From NCBI RefSeq assembly GCF_026571515.1, contig NW_026855510.1, positions 62,001 to 126,000 on the forward strand: a stretch of 64,000 nucleotides of DNA. Reading direction: 5' to 3'. The position numbers and the translations under genes were made by a program. The stretch's first letter is position 1. Every line of letters begins with the position of its first letter. Below are positions 25,481 to 38,304 of this stretch, in pieces. The stretch comes from Ruditapes philippinarum (lineage: Eukaryota). Below the pieces are notes generated by a model that saw only the letters and a list, made by a program, of their open reading frames with translations, made no database searches and had not been told where the DNA came from.

Positions 25481-26749
25481 ATGTAAGCTTGATAGGTCTG
25501 GAAACAGGCAAGGAATTGTTTTTACTCATGCGCAACTAGGTATTGATGCCATCATGGTAATCACCCATGATCCAGAAAATTTGAAGGGAATTGGGCGAGC
25601 AATGAATGAGGATTTCGTGGATTACTTGTTCCTTTCTTCCTTTTTTTACTTAGTAAAATATTGTTTTAACATAATGATAACCTATGCATTGACCATTTGG
25701 ATGAGCATAATTTCACTGTAATCTACGCAGAGATATCTAGTTTCAATAAACAACGGGCAAGTGTCATCAGTTGCATATACATTATACATTATTACAGTAA
25801 TACCTAAGCGATATACAACAAAAGTATTGACCGTTACGCAGTGTATATATGAATAGATACGTAGATAAATACTGACAATATAATTTTACGGAAAAAAATA
25901 TGAATTAGGTTCATCTGACGTTTATAAAGGTAGGAATCACAAACAACACAAAAAACCCAAATAAGTCCACAAAAAAAAAGAAAATAAATTAATTACGCAA
26001 AATCAATTTTGATTTGAGTTTTATGATTTTTTTATGATGTTATAAAATTATATAGATGTAGAAAGAAAGTTGGATTTTTAAAATTTAATATACTGTACAC
26101 TGACTTTGAGGTTTTCTTTCATCGCCATTAAACATCATTCACGTGGGATTAACGCGTGATTACTGTCACTTAAAGTGGATGCGAAAATGTTATGACAACA
26201 CGTGTTTGCACGTAAATAATCAAGCAAGATAATCTACATGGCTATACAATGTCAATGTTGTTGAATTGTGATAATATATTTTGAAATACTAGTATGTTTT
26301 TTTATCTGAAAATTGGGACATAATGATCTTTATGATACATTAAATATATAAATGTAACGTATTTATACTGTACTTTCTTCAAACTGCAATATTAATATTA
26401 AAGTCTATTTAAACTCTATATTTGATATTCAATACTACTTAAAGCATCAGCATATAATTTTGTTACGGAACATTCTTCCTGTTTACATGAACATTGTTTG
26501 TTAAATGACAGAGACATTCTATGTAACACAGAACATAGCGAGTCAGCCATAAGATTATTGAAAGAACATAATTTTACTGCTTATAACTTTAATAATTAAA
26601 TATTTATAAAATATAGCTTTATATTCTTAAAGGTATAATTAGATATATATGAAAATGTATTTACTTTCCATTTTATATTTCATCAGGTGATACATAAATA
26701 TACAGACTGTAATATCGCTGATTTAGGGAGCATGAAAATATGCAAAGAA

Positions 26750-27135
26750 ATTTAACAAGGGAAAGCAACGCACATACAACGATGCACCACCAGCCTCGCC
26801 CCTAGGGTATATAAGTATACATCGGTCACTGAAATGAAATGAAAACAATGGTACAAAAAGGCTAAGCATAGGAGATAATTAGTTTTTAAATTAATGCTAA
26901 ACCGCACCAACATCAGTTCAACCAAAAAGCTGAATAGGGAAAGTTCAAATAAGAAGTCAAAGGGAAATAATGAAGAGAGGAATGTAAAATTAAATAGAAC
27001 AGGAAACGAAGATAATAAATACATGCATACTACAGGCGACGGCATCATAGGACAAAACATGTACAAATGTTAGAATACAAATCATTATTCAAGGATGAGC
27101 ATGAAGGGGACACAGCCTTAGAACGGACAGTAGCA
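26750..27135 (-). repeat. Interspersed repeat related to 30457-30890 (class unknown)
   Basis: 27100-27135 is the reverse complement of a TGCTGCTGACCGTTCCAAGGCGG-like head. The 3' end resembles that of the 30.5-kb copy. Confidence 0.45.
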
Positions 27136-27794
27136 ATTCATAAAATTCTAGAATATACAGTTATTATATTGGAAACTATACACACATACTTAATATGTCT
27201 TTATATTAGAATAATAAGGGATTTGTTCATACCACAGGTGTTTGCACGTAACATATCTTCAATCCCTCAAATACCTCATTTGGAATGTTGCCATCATTAG
27301 GATTATTATCATATCTTATTTACGCAGCTGTTATTCCTGAATGAATGGACAAAATGGCAAAAAAGGGAAGGTACGGCACTTCTTGTCACATTGTTCGGTT
27401 ATAAAACATTGTACAGCTGCAGGTTGTTGTATTTTTAACTTGTATCAAAATATACTTGCTATAAAATTATTAGTGATGAAACTTGTACAAGACTGCCATC
27501 GAATTTCAAAACAAAAACTTTCTTATATTTGTAATGCTTTGTAAAAAAGAGTATTAGTTTTGGGAAAAAATGAATTTTCAAAATAAATTTTTAATGATTT
27601 CATCTCATTTTTTTTTTGTTTTAAGACCAAAGCGAAAGCTGCACATCAAAAGGTTTACTCCATGCATCTTATTTGGCAAGTATAATTGTAACATCTGTTT
27701 ATTAATCTTTATATATCTGGAATCATGTGAATGTTACATGATCATGTTAACATGAGCCTTGACTATAGGACACTAGAATACAAAATATATTATA

Positions 27795-28001
27795 GTGGGT
27801 TTGCGACCAGCATGGATCCAGACCAGCCTGCGCATCCGCGCAGTCTGATCAGGATCATGCTGTTCGCTTACAGACCCTATAACAAGTAAAGAAACTGATA
27901 GCGAACAGCATGGATCCTGATCAGACTGCGCGGATGCGCAGGCTGGTCTGGATCCATGCTGGTCGCAAACCCATTATGTTGGTTTTGTCGGGACGCGGCT
28001 C
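27795..28001. mobile_element. Palindromic Sola-like MITE (copy 3, left end damaged)
   Basis: Same core as 1422-1656; ends GCGGCTC. Confidence 0.85.
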
Positions 28002-28076
28002 AAATAGAAACTATACAAGTCAAGCTAGTTTTTCTAAATATACTCATCGGAACAAACGAAATTACATGTATAAGAT

Positions 28077-28301
28077 TGTTGCAGGCTCGGTTTGATTGAA
28101 CCTGTTCATGGACAGTGCTGGTATGTACAAACTACTGTTCTCGCCGTCCTAGCAGAGGTTTAAGCATAAATTCAATTCAACATTTAAACACGAAAATGGT
28201 GAAATTTTGAATTGAGAATGTTCATACGGCAGTTATCATGGAACCCTCAATGTGACACAGTAGTGCCATATCATGAAAAGCGGCATATGGTTCCTAAGTA
28301 A
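28077..28301 (+). repeat. Diverged fragment of the 641-bp unit at 52341-53707
   Basis: GTTGCAGGCTCGGTTTGATTGA...TGTGACACAGTAGTG...GAAAAGCGGC is collinear with 52397-52625. Confidence 0.8.
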
Positions 28302-30456
28302 TCCTATGGCTCATTTATTCAGATTATATAGCAAGCTTTAAAAGCGCAACATGGTTTCTCAGTTTTACCTACCTTAAAGCTTATAATATATTTAGTCTGG
28401 ACTACCCTGTATGTAGGAATAAGTCTGGCTCTATACTAGTGGCAATGGTCTAATATTGTCGCCGCTAACGCTTGTAAGCATTTACCATCTGACGATTTTC
28501 AAAGCCTTAACGTGGTAAATATGAGTAATGTATTTGGCCATATATGATTTTGGAATAAAGTTTAAAGTGATTTCAATAGCATAAAACATAAAAGCTTAGT
28601 TTACCAACAGTTTAAAGTCTGGCCGTGGAGGCTGGCGTGGCTCTTAACTTGTGGAAATGTCAATTACACCGCAGGTTAATGACTTACTTATTAAAAAGTG
28701 TCTCTCATAACTTGTATGTATTTACATCACTAGTCAAAGCAGCAAGGGAGCGGTCCCATATGGCCGCTGGGAATTACATTAACGCCACGCTGATTGATAT
28801 AAGTCTTAGATATTATTGTCATTTATTCCGTTTTACTACTTTGCTAAGTACGGGATTAATATACCTTAACGTTAAACCTGCGTTCTGAATATATGTCCAC
28901 ATTCATAATTAATCCGTAGTCAAAACATAATTTGCAAAATGTCACCCGCTTTGTATAAAGAATGCCTTTATCCATTTATTTCTCAAATGGTCATCAACAA
29001 AAGCAATAGGTTTCATGAACAGTTATTGTTTTATCTTTTAAAGTGACTAGATTAAATAAATCAATTGTTTTTATTTATCACATTGTTGATTTTAAAAAGA
29101 CACACGTGCAAGAATTACAGTCAAAAAGTTGCCAATAGTGTCATCTCGACTGAACAATGTAGGCGGAAGAAATCATTTTGCATCTCACGCCGTAAAGAAA
29201 CAGCTGTAGTTGAAGTAGTTTCTGTAGATCGAATTAACCTATGACGTGTGTTTAGCCATGGCATGCTTTTTCTATGAATTTTTCACACGGAAATATAGAA
29301 AAGTGGTCACTTAAATCATTTGCATTTTTTTAACATTATTCACTGACATTTTTACTAATGAACATTGCTTCTTAATTATATAAATAAGTTACTAATGTAT
29401 TATCTCCAACTTAGTATGTTATATGAATAAACTTTAACCTGTAAGGAAGGCTGGTTTATTTCTGATGTAGTTTAAAAGTAAAAAGCATGTGGAAATATAA
29501 GTGATAATTGAATATATTTTCTTTGATTGTTCTTTTATTTCAATAAACAGAGAAACTAATTAAAACATCCCGATTGAGACAATTGCACGAAGAAGTTTTT
29601 ATTGTTCTTAAGTACGTTTTTTTTATTAAAACGACAGTAGCATACATGGTGGACTTGTTATTCCTTCAGTTTTACTGAGTCCAATTATTTTAGTGTTGAT
29701 GATATACGGTGCTGTGGGCATGAGAGATTATACAATTTTAATTGTATCTCATGAACAGACTTAATAAAGCCGAGACAGTGGTTTTTAACTGTTGTTGTTT
29801 TCTTTGTTCTCGACCGGTCTTCTGTTCCTAGAATTGTTAACATATATCATATCATGATTAATATTATATGCAGGAGCGATAGGAGAAATAAGATAATTTA
29901 AAATAAATAAACAGTTGAAAAATGTCAAGTCGAATGACAGAATAAAGCTACACGCTTTTAATTATATTGCAATGAAAACAGTTGAGTTGCAATAATAAAA
30001 TTTAAACAACCTATTCTCCTTTTGTGACTCGGTCAATGACGAATAATGCAAATAAACTTTAATACAGATTGATAAAATCATTAACTTAAACAAAACTATG
30101 AAAACAATACATGTTTTTCTAGATGGCTGTTTCAATGTTTTGTCTAGACATGCTGGTACTTAAAGATGAATTGATAAAGCTTGAAAAAAATTATTCAAGA
30201 TTGATTAACCCGGTAATACGTAGTAATTCGTCGCAGCTTGCTTCTGCTTGTCTTAAGGCCATTCAAAATAAATCTGCAATTTTCTCCCTAATACGAAAAT
30301 ATGTGAAAGAGAAAGCAGTTCAATGAATGAGTTTAAAAATCTAAACATGTATATTAATATTCCGACGTGCATTAGAAAAATTCCAAATGATAAGTAATGT
30401 GTTTATACTTAATTTCGAATCTAGTTACTATGTTTGATAAGGTCACAAGGTGCTTA

Positions 30457-30890
30457 TGCTGCTGACCGTTCCAAGGCGGCACCCCTCTGTGTTCCTCAGA
30501 TGAATGTCTGTTGTTTCATGCTATTTTGGTGACGCTTTTGTGCTCCTTGTTGTTTTCTCGTCTACGGTAAGACGGTATCTTCCCCTTGCCCCTTGTTTTG
30601 TTTTTGTTTTTGCCCCCCCCCCTCCCTTCCCGACCTTCTATTCCCCTTCCCCTAATCCCCTTAACATTTGTAGGCCTATTAATTAATCGCCTCTTTGATT
30701 TCATTGTCGATTCCTATTATTTCATATTTTATATTACTATAGTAATCACCCCGTCCGTGCTTTTCCTTATGCCCTGTCCTGTTTTAATTTGGGTTCTGTT
30801 GGGCTCCTTGCCGGTATTCCTGTGTTGCTGGGTCGTGTGGGGGTTGCGTTCATTGAACGCCGCCCTTTCTTGTTGATCTTGTTTTTCATA
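30457..30890 (+). repeat. Interspersed repeat with CTGACCGTTCCAAGGCGG head (class unknown, SINE/PLE-like)
   Basis: The 3' half is homologous, in reverse, to 35150-35290. The interior is pyrimidine-rich. Confidence 0.55.
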
Positions 30891-31697
30891 TTTTGTTATT
30901 CATATTGCATGGCTAAGAGTTTTGTCTAAGATTAAATATGAGGTAAAAGATAAACAATAGACAGCAAAGTTACGGAACGCATCAAGCAATATCCTACAGC
31001 AACGACTCCCAAAGGAGAAGGTTATAAAACATATCCAAGCTGAATGCGGTGGCTAAACTATGCTTTGATAAATTCAAAATGTGGCTTACTGTCGTGATCC
31101 GGAGTGAAAACTACCAACACCACCACAATATCCACGCTTTTGTACTATAGAAGGGAATATCCGTCAGTTAATGTATTATGCCTACTTGATATTTCAACAT
31201 GAAAGTTCATACAACACGTGTTTTAGTATTATTATTAATCGCACATAACATGTAAAATATCACTTAAATCTTAAATATTTTTATTTTTCTTTAAGTCTTA
31301 GTACATTTCTCTCAGGTTTGATTTTATTGAAATATTTTGGCTCATCTGGAAGAACGCAGCTTTAAGCACACGAATAATTTGTGAATAAGTATGTGAAAAC
31401 AAACAGATATATATAATTTTAAGAATATTATTTGTATATCCACCATCAGTAATGATAATAATCTTTGGTTAGTGAATATAAAATGATTATACAAATTAAT
31501 TCAAAACAATATTAATAATATTATATAGTTTTATTTCATATTCATGTTTATGCCCCAACTATACTTACGGAAGGAGAGGGCATATAGATTTACTTTTGTT
31601 CTTTGTCCCGCTGTCACTTTATCAAGTTGTCCGTACGTAGATTGGCATAATAGTAAAATGTAAGGGCGTCCGTGACCTAGGAACACATTTCTAGTTT

Positions 31698-31885
31698 CAC
31701 AACAAAACCAACATAATGCATTTGCGACCAGCATGCATCCGCGCAGTCTGATCAGGATCCATGCTGTTCGCTTACAAACCCTATTACAAGTAGAGAAAGT
31801 GATAGCGAACAGCGCGGATGCGCAGCCTGGTCTGGATCCATGCTGGTCGCAAATGCATAACGTTGGTTTTGTCGTGACTTGGCTC
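31698..31885. mobile_element. Palindromic Sola-like MITE (copy 4, internally deleted, left end lost)
   Basis: Same core as the other copies, bracketed by a 16-bp direct repeat CATTTCTAGTTTCACA. Confidence 0.8.
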
Positions 31886-32302
31886 ATTTCTAGTTTCACA
31901 TACCGATTTATGTAGAAATAATAAACAAAATATATTAGATACAAGTATATGTAAAACATGCAGTAATTCATGTTCAATATGTACTGACATGCTAAAACAA
32001 AAGGTTTAATTTTTTCAACTTATTTGAGGACAGGAAACACATTTATTTATATTATATCCTTCTCCTCTTTTTTGTCAACACAAATACATACAGCTGGCAA
32101 ACCGTACTGAGCAACAATTTATTTACTTATCAAGTCATGGAATCATTTAAACATTATGGTGTTTTACTTACATTGGCTACAGTAACGACAATGTTATACA
32201 TTACGACAAAAGGTAATATCTCTTTATTGTATTTGTTTGTACTTAAATATGTCACATATTTTTCTAAATTGAAAATTGCACACTGACCTTTCAAATAAGC
32301 AA

Positions 32303-32535
32303 CTGACTGACTGACTGACTGACTGACTGGTTGATTGATTGATTGATTGATTGATTTTAAAGTCAAGCCGATAGTGCAAAGGCATGAGCATGTGCCTGAA
32401 AAGCACCACTTATGTTCCGTAAACTAGATGGATAGCTTCCTCACATGCAAGAAAATAAAACGCAATACCGACTTCAAACCAAGATCAGTAAAATACATGT
32501 GGTATAGGGTCAACATACTTAACCATGCGGTCATT
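32303..32535 (-). mobile_element. Degenerate SINE with (TGAC)n(TGAT)n tail
   Basis: GGATAGCTTCCTCACATG core, the reverse of the 42310 region, next to the tetranucleotide microsatellites at 32303-32355. Confidence 0.55.
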
Positions 32536-33427
32536 GACCTTTCAAATTAAAACCTTTAAACTCATTTTGAATGTTAATATAATTTTACTATGTGTCGAAT
32601 TTGAAATTGACTGGTATGGTCGAGCAAAAATGGTTCAGCATTTTTTACTATTTTGAATGAATAAAAATATATTGTTTGGCTATATATACGCTGTGTTACG
32701 TAGTTCCTACACTAACTACAGCGTCTGTCAACTCTTTATTCAAGCCTGACAGATTTCGTCGAAATTATCACTCAGGCTTGAATGTAAAGAAGATTATGTT
32801 CTTGCGTTATAACACTATTATGATTGGTTCTAAGTGTAATTAGGTTACAACATTATCGTAAGCTGCTTAATTCGTCAACGACACTTTTTCAAACTGGTTA
32901 CTTTAGAAACTAATATACATTATATATTCACTTCAAGTCTTTTCTTTAACGTTAGATATATTAAAAGGTCAGAGAGTTTGGTTAGTATGCTAATTTATAA
33001 TACCCAGGTGAAATATCTTAATAAATTAGAACAACAAAGATTGACAGGACAAGGCACCAAAACATATTACGAAGCCATACAAAGCTTGGGTTGACTTTCA
33101 TATTTTTCTACTTTGGTGAAAATGAAAATCAATTGTCTAGAAAAATATTTTTTTAATCAACATACAAAAGATATAGTTCATCTGCAATAACATTGATACA
33201 GAAGTTTTATTTTATTTTTTATCTTTTTTATATGATGCCTATCCAAGTACACTGTATATAATTAAAATATCAGAGAAGTTTCACACCAGAGATTTTTTCA
33301 GGTTGTATCTCATACATTGCGCAATAGTAAGGTAAACCTTTTTCATTTATTTGACGGGATTTATCAAATTTAGCTTTTTCATTTTTTAATTTTTTTATTT
33401 TTTCAATGTGTTTTTTTATGTTTTCAG

Positions 33428-34572
33428 GAAATAACCAACTGGAAGCAAATAGAATAAACCTTGACGGTTTAGAGGAGAACTAGGCCATGCAAAGAGGCTC
33501 TACTGAATACGACAAGCCATATACAATCCCGAGAAGCTTTTTTAATGGGCGACGGAACACTCTATTCTAATATTGGTGCTATAAAGTCCAAAGTAGCATC
33601 AGTTTGGAGGCGAATTTATCTATAATACTATCTGTCGATAAAAACATTAACTCACCATTTGAAATAACACAGAAAATGTTAAAACTAGAAGCTTTTTCAG
33701 ACCTTAAACGTGATATGATAGACCAAACTATGGATAATTTCCTGAAAAACGTCACGTCATTTATGTTTGTAAGGGATCCGTATGGTCGCTTGTTTTCAGG
33801 CTATGAACACAAGTTATATAATCCAAATTTATCATTTTGGAAATCGTATGGAATGAAAATCGTCAGATCACTGAGGACAAATCCATCTAATATGAGTCTA
33901 AAATTTGGACATGATGTAACCTTTGCGGAATTTGTGAAATATGTTTTATTACAGAAAGACAATAATCAGGTCATAAACAGACACTTCACACCCATGCATC
34001 AGAAATGTGATCCTTGTAAATTTCCATATGATTACATCGGACATCTTGAAACATTTAAAGACGATACTGAATACCTGTTTAATAAGTGGAGAAGAAAGTT
34101 TCCCGACTTTAACATTCACTTTAATAACTTTGAAAAGGAAACTGTTTTAGACACTGCCGGAAGTCTAATCCGAAGATTATTTAACACGTATAATAAAATC
34201 AAAAGCGAATTTGAATACCCATTGTATAATTTAGTTCTCAGAGTGTGGAGTGACCTTCAAATCCGAGGTTATCTATCTAAAGATATCTCCCTTCCATTTG
34301 AAAAGCAAGACATGGAAACAATAACTGCTGAAAGTATGCTGAAAGCTGTGTCGGATGCTTTGAAAATACAAGTGAATCATACTGCAGTAAAACTACAGCG
34401 ACAAGAATCATTGCAACAAGCTTACAGTACTGTGTCCCCAGAAGATATGGAACGACTGCATGAATACGTCCTGAAAGATTGTCAATTATTTGGTTACGAC
34501 GACAGACCAAAGTTGCTGTATGAGACAGGAGAGCTTTTAGAAAGTAAACATACATACCTTGCCGGTATTTAA
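33428..34572 (+). pseudogene. Carbohydrate sulfotransferase (CHST11-like), array copy 2; 5' part of catalytic exon frameshifted
   Basis: Open and highly similar to its paralogs from about 33616 to the stop (FVRDPYGRLFSGYEHK...). 33428-33615 retains recognisable HSIL/PKVAS/WRR nucleotide remnants, broken by several indels and stops. This could be an assembly error. Confidence 0.7.
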
Positions 34573-35149
34573 AGGAGCAATTTGATTTGACTTGATTTAT
34601 ACTTGTTCGTCGTATGCGATGTGAATTTATCCTGACATATATTATGTCTAATTCATGTAAACCATTTAATTCTCATATTGAGAACGATGTTGATTATGAT
34701 GAAAGGAACCTTTTCTTTTCATATTGAAATGGATGTTGGTCTTGCATTATGTTATTTATGACCCTTTGTTTTCATATTGAAAACACAATATCACAAAAAA
34801 GGTTATTTGTTCTTAATCGGTGAATACATAACACCGTTAATCATCAAGTCTTCTGAAAACAAAAAATAAAATGATTTCAATTGATAAAGCAACTTTTCTT
34901 GTGTTTTAAATTATGTTTCCCTTATAATGAATATACGAGATACTAAATAGGGTTACAAAATAAATTAGATGATATTCATGACCTTAATTAGCTTTATGAT
35001 GAGGTTAGAAATTATATAATTCCATACCCGATCGGATAAGTTTGAAAATGACAAAATAACTTAAAATTGTATTGACAACAAAAGCTTCGTATAAATTATA
35101 ATGGCAATGTACTGAATCGGTTACAAATGAGAAATCATTAAATATGATG

Positions 35150-35390
35150 AACAAGATCAACAAGGAAAATTGGTGTTAAATGATCGCAACCCCCACACGA
35201 TTTAGCAACAAAGACAAGCGGCAAGGAGCCCAGCAGGACATAAAACAAAATCAGGACAGAGCACAAGGAAAATCACAGACAGGATAATTACCCAAATGAT
35301 AAACAAAGGAAATAATACTAACCGACAAAAAAAACTAAAGAAGGCGATTCATCCACAAATCAAAGGGGAACAGTGTAAGGCCAAGTCGCG
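35150..35390 (-). repeat. Reverse copy of the 30457-30890 repeat family
   Basis: AACAAGATCAACAAG...GCAACCCCCACACGA...GGCAAGGAGCCCA is the reverse complement of 30750-30885. Confidence 0.65.
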
Positions 35391-37283
35391 CTATAAAGTT
35401 GATAATATTACAGTCTCGGTTTGATTGAGCTTATTCACTACAATTTGTATCAAGTGAACAAACACAATTTCTAATGTGTTCATTTATACCTGTATACAAT
35501 ATTAACAGTATGATAAAAATTGATATAGACAGTATTATCTCCAAGAGAAGAAAATGTATATAAATTTTCTAAAAAGCAAACAATAAAATAACCATAATAA
35601 GTTATAGCAAACAACAAAATAAGGAAATATGTGACAATTTATTTAAAGAAGGCAAATATTAAGAAGCCTTATGTAGATATGAACATAAGCCTTACACTAT
35701 GCTTATATAACCATTAAGACTTACAATTATATGTTCGTTAACGATATCCTAATAAATACCTTAAACATTAGGTTTCAGTTGTCAGGCTTGTAATCGTAAC
35801 AGTTAACATGAAGTCAAATATAAAGAAGCCATAATTATGTTGAAATGAACATAAGCCTTTGACTACGCTCGTATAACCATTAAAACTTAAATCATATTGT
35901 CATTAATATTATCCTACCAAAAACCTTACAATTAAGTTTTCGTTGTCTGGCTTGTAATCTTGAAACGTACGGCATCTAGACCATGCTTACCATGATAAAA
36001 TGAACAAACTTTATAACACTTTTGTTACCAAGGTTATATTTTTGGCTGTCCAGATTCCTTATATTCATAGTAGTATGCCTATACTTACCATTATATATCA
36101 GCTGCAGCAATGTAGCTGGACAAGTCTCATTAAGGACGCAAGTTTTGGATGAGATGCAATATTCCGCCATTCTTTTGCGAACTTAGCTGGAAAGAAAACT
36201 GATCTACTTACTTAATGCAAGTTTAAAGTAATGGTACGCTTTTCTGAAAAAAGAAGATTTTTTTGTTTGTTTGTTTCAGTTTACGCCTTTTCCCAACAGT
36301 ATTTCAGTCATATAGGCGGGTAGTTTCCTAAACATCGTTCCTGGAGAGTTAAAAAGAAGAAGAAAACAATATGAAATGGTATAAACAAAAACTTTTTCTT
36401 GTGTAACGAAGAAGACATTACACTTTTATTTACAAAACTCACAAAAATATCACATGTATTGATAAATGAATGATATATTTCGATCTTTATATTAAAGTTT
36501 AAAAAGGAAGTGTAAAACTAATGAAGCTTTTAGTTAAATAGAAATAAGCACTAGAAAACAAAACAAAAAATGAGAATAAAAATAAAACCACTTTTAGCGA
36601 AAACAGATTCAAATATGACAAATACATTTGTTGTCGAAATGCTATTTGTAATCATTTTACAGATAAATTGCCCGCTCTTTAAATGAAATTTGTTTTTCAT
36701 TTTATTTATCCAGTTTGAACATATTGTCTATTGTAGATACATGTATCCATTCCTCTAAGCATAGATAGTCAGTCATTTGATAATTAAAACATACCAGACT
36801 GAAATGACTGTGAAATTGTGAATCATCAAAAAATTTAGAATTAAGGAGCGTCAAAGAGGTTGTATAAGAAATAAACTGAAGGAAGAACCTTACCAAATAC
36901 TTTCTCTGCGAATGAATATTTTCCGAACAACTTTGCATTACTAAATGGATTACAAAATTATATATTTTTCTTCTTCTTTTCAAATTCGATAAAATAACAA
37001 TAATGTGTATGTTTAGAAGAAGAACACCAACACCGGGTAAAATATAATAAACAGATTTTCCATCAACAGAAAATTAAACATTATTATATTGAATTTCACT
37101 AAAATCCCTGCAAGGTAAGACCGATCAAAACATATCTCATATATACAATATGTCACCATGATTAGTATTTCTTTGAACTTTAAGACAGGATTGTGCATTT
37201 TGTATATCGTATATAACAAGAGGCAATTACCATATTTACCTTTGATTTTACTATTGTAATAATTGAGTTTTAGTGCAATATTT

Positions 37284-37675
37284 CTATTTTGCATCATAGA
37301 TTAGGGACCTTTCTGTTGAAAATGTGTCAGAGTTAAATCGTATACATATGCATGCACAGTGCGTTAACTGGAGAGCAGGTATTAGTTACCCGCACTCCAG
37401 AGCATGCCCATTGATTGGCTCATTTTTGCTGGGGTTTACTTATTGTGACGGCAGAGAAAAAGAAAGCGACAGAAATATCATATTCAGATGCTCGTTCATT
37501 GGTTCCTTTTTTATGGGGTTTTATTTTGTGACAACAGGCAACGTGTTTTTTATGTTTGACTATGATACAAAAGAGAAATAACATGAAAACACTCGGCAAT
37601 CTGATTAATACTCGGTGGCTACGCCCCCCCCCCCTCGTGCAAATCAGATAACCGCATGTTTCGATGCTATTTCTA
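37284..37675 (-). mobile_element. Hairpin/internal-complement element (Crypton-like), reverse orientation
   Basis: Palindrome at about 37573-37675 centred on GTGGCTACGCC..CTCG. The adjacent CTATGATACAAAAGAG (37560-37575) is inverted to the distal CTATTTTGCATCATAG (37284-37299). Confidence 0.6.
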
Positions 37676-38304
37676 TTACTAAAAGATTGACCACTAAATA
37701 AGATATTACGGAAAACTTCTTATTTAGATTCTTTTCTTGCTACGTTCCGCAAGAGGGAATAACTATAATTTTTTGGACGTAAAGGTAAAAGAATAGCCAA
37801 ATATTCAATCTATGCAATGGGAGTTGGTGGGTATGGAGGAAAGTGTATGGCCGGGGAGGAAAATAAATGGGATTTTAGAACAATCGATCGGAAACGTGAA
37901 CAATGACATATTCGAACAAGGAATATTCGAAAGTAAAGAATTTTAAAAATTCAAAATTTATGAAATGATAAAAAGTAGATTCCCATCCGTTATCAAAACA
38001 AGAATAATTTCAGAAATATGTTGAACTTTTTGAAAAACGACAATACTACTGCGTTCAGACGCAGCATTTGAGACGTTAACTGACTTACTACCATTCCAAT
38101 TTTACTTATTTAAAACGTGATGGTATCGATTGTTCAATTAGCGTCTGTGGAGATATTGTAGGCTCAATTAACGCGTCAATACCTTGTTATAAGGACATTG
38201 GACACAGCTTGCCACCAAATTTGTCTAATGTATAATTACGGAATTAAAATGGTTAGCCGTGTTATTATGTGTTATTATATAACAATCAGCAGTTTAAACA
38301 AGAT

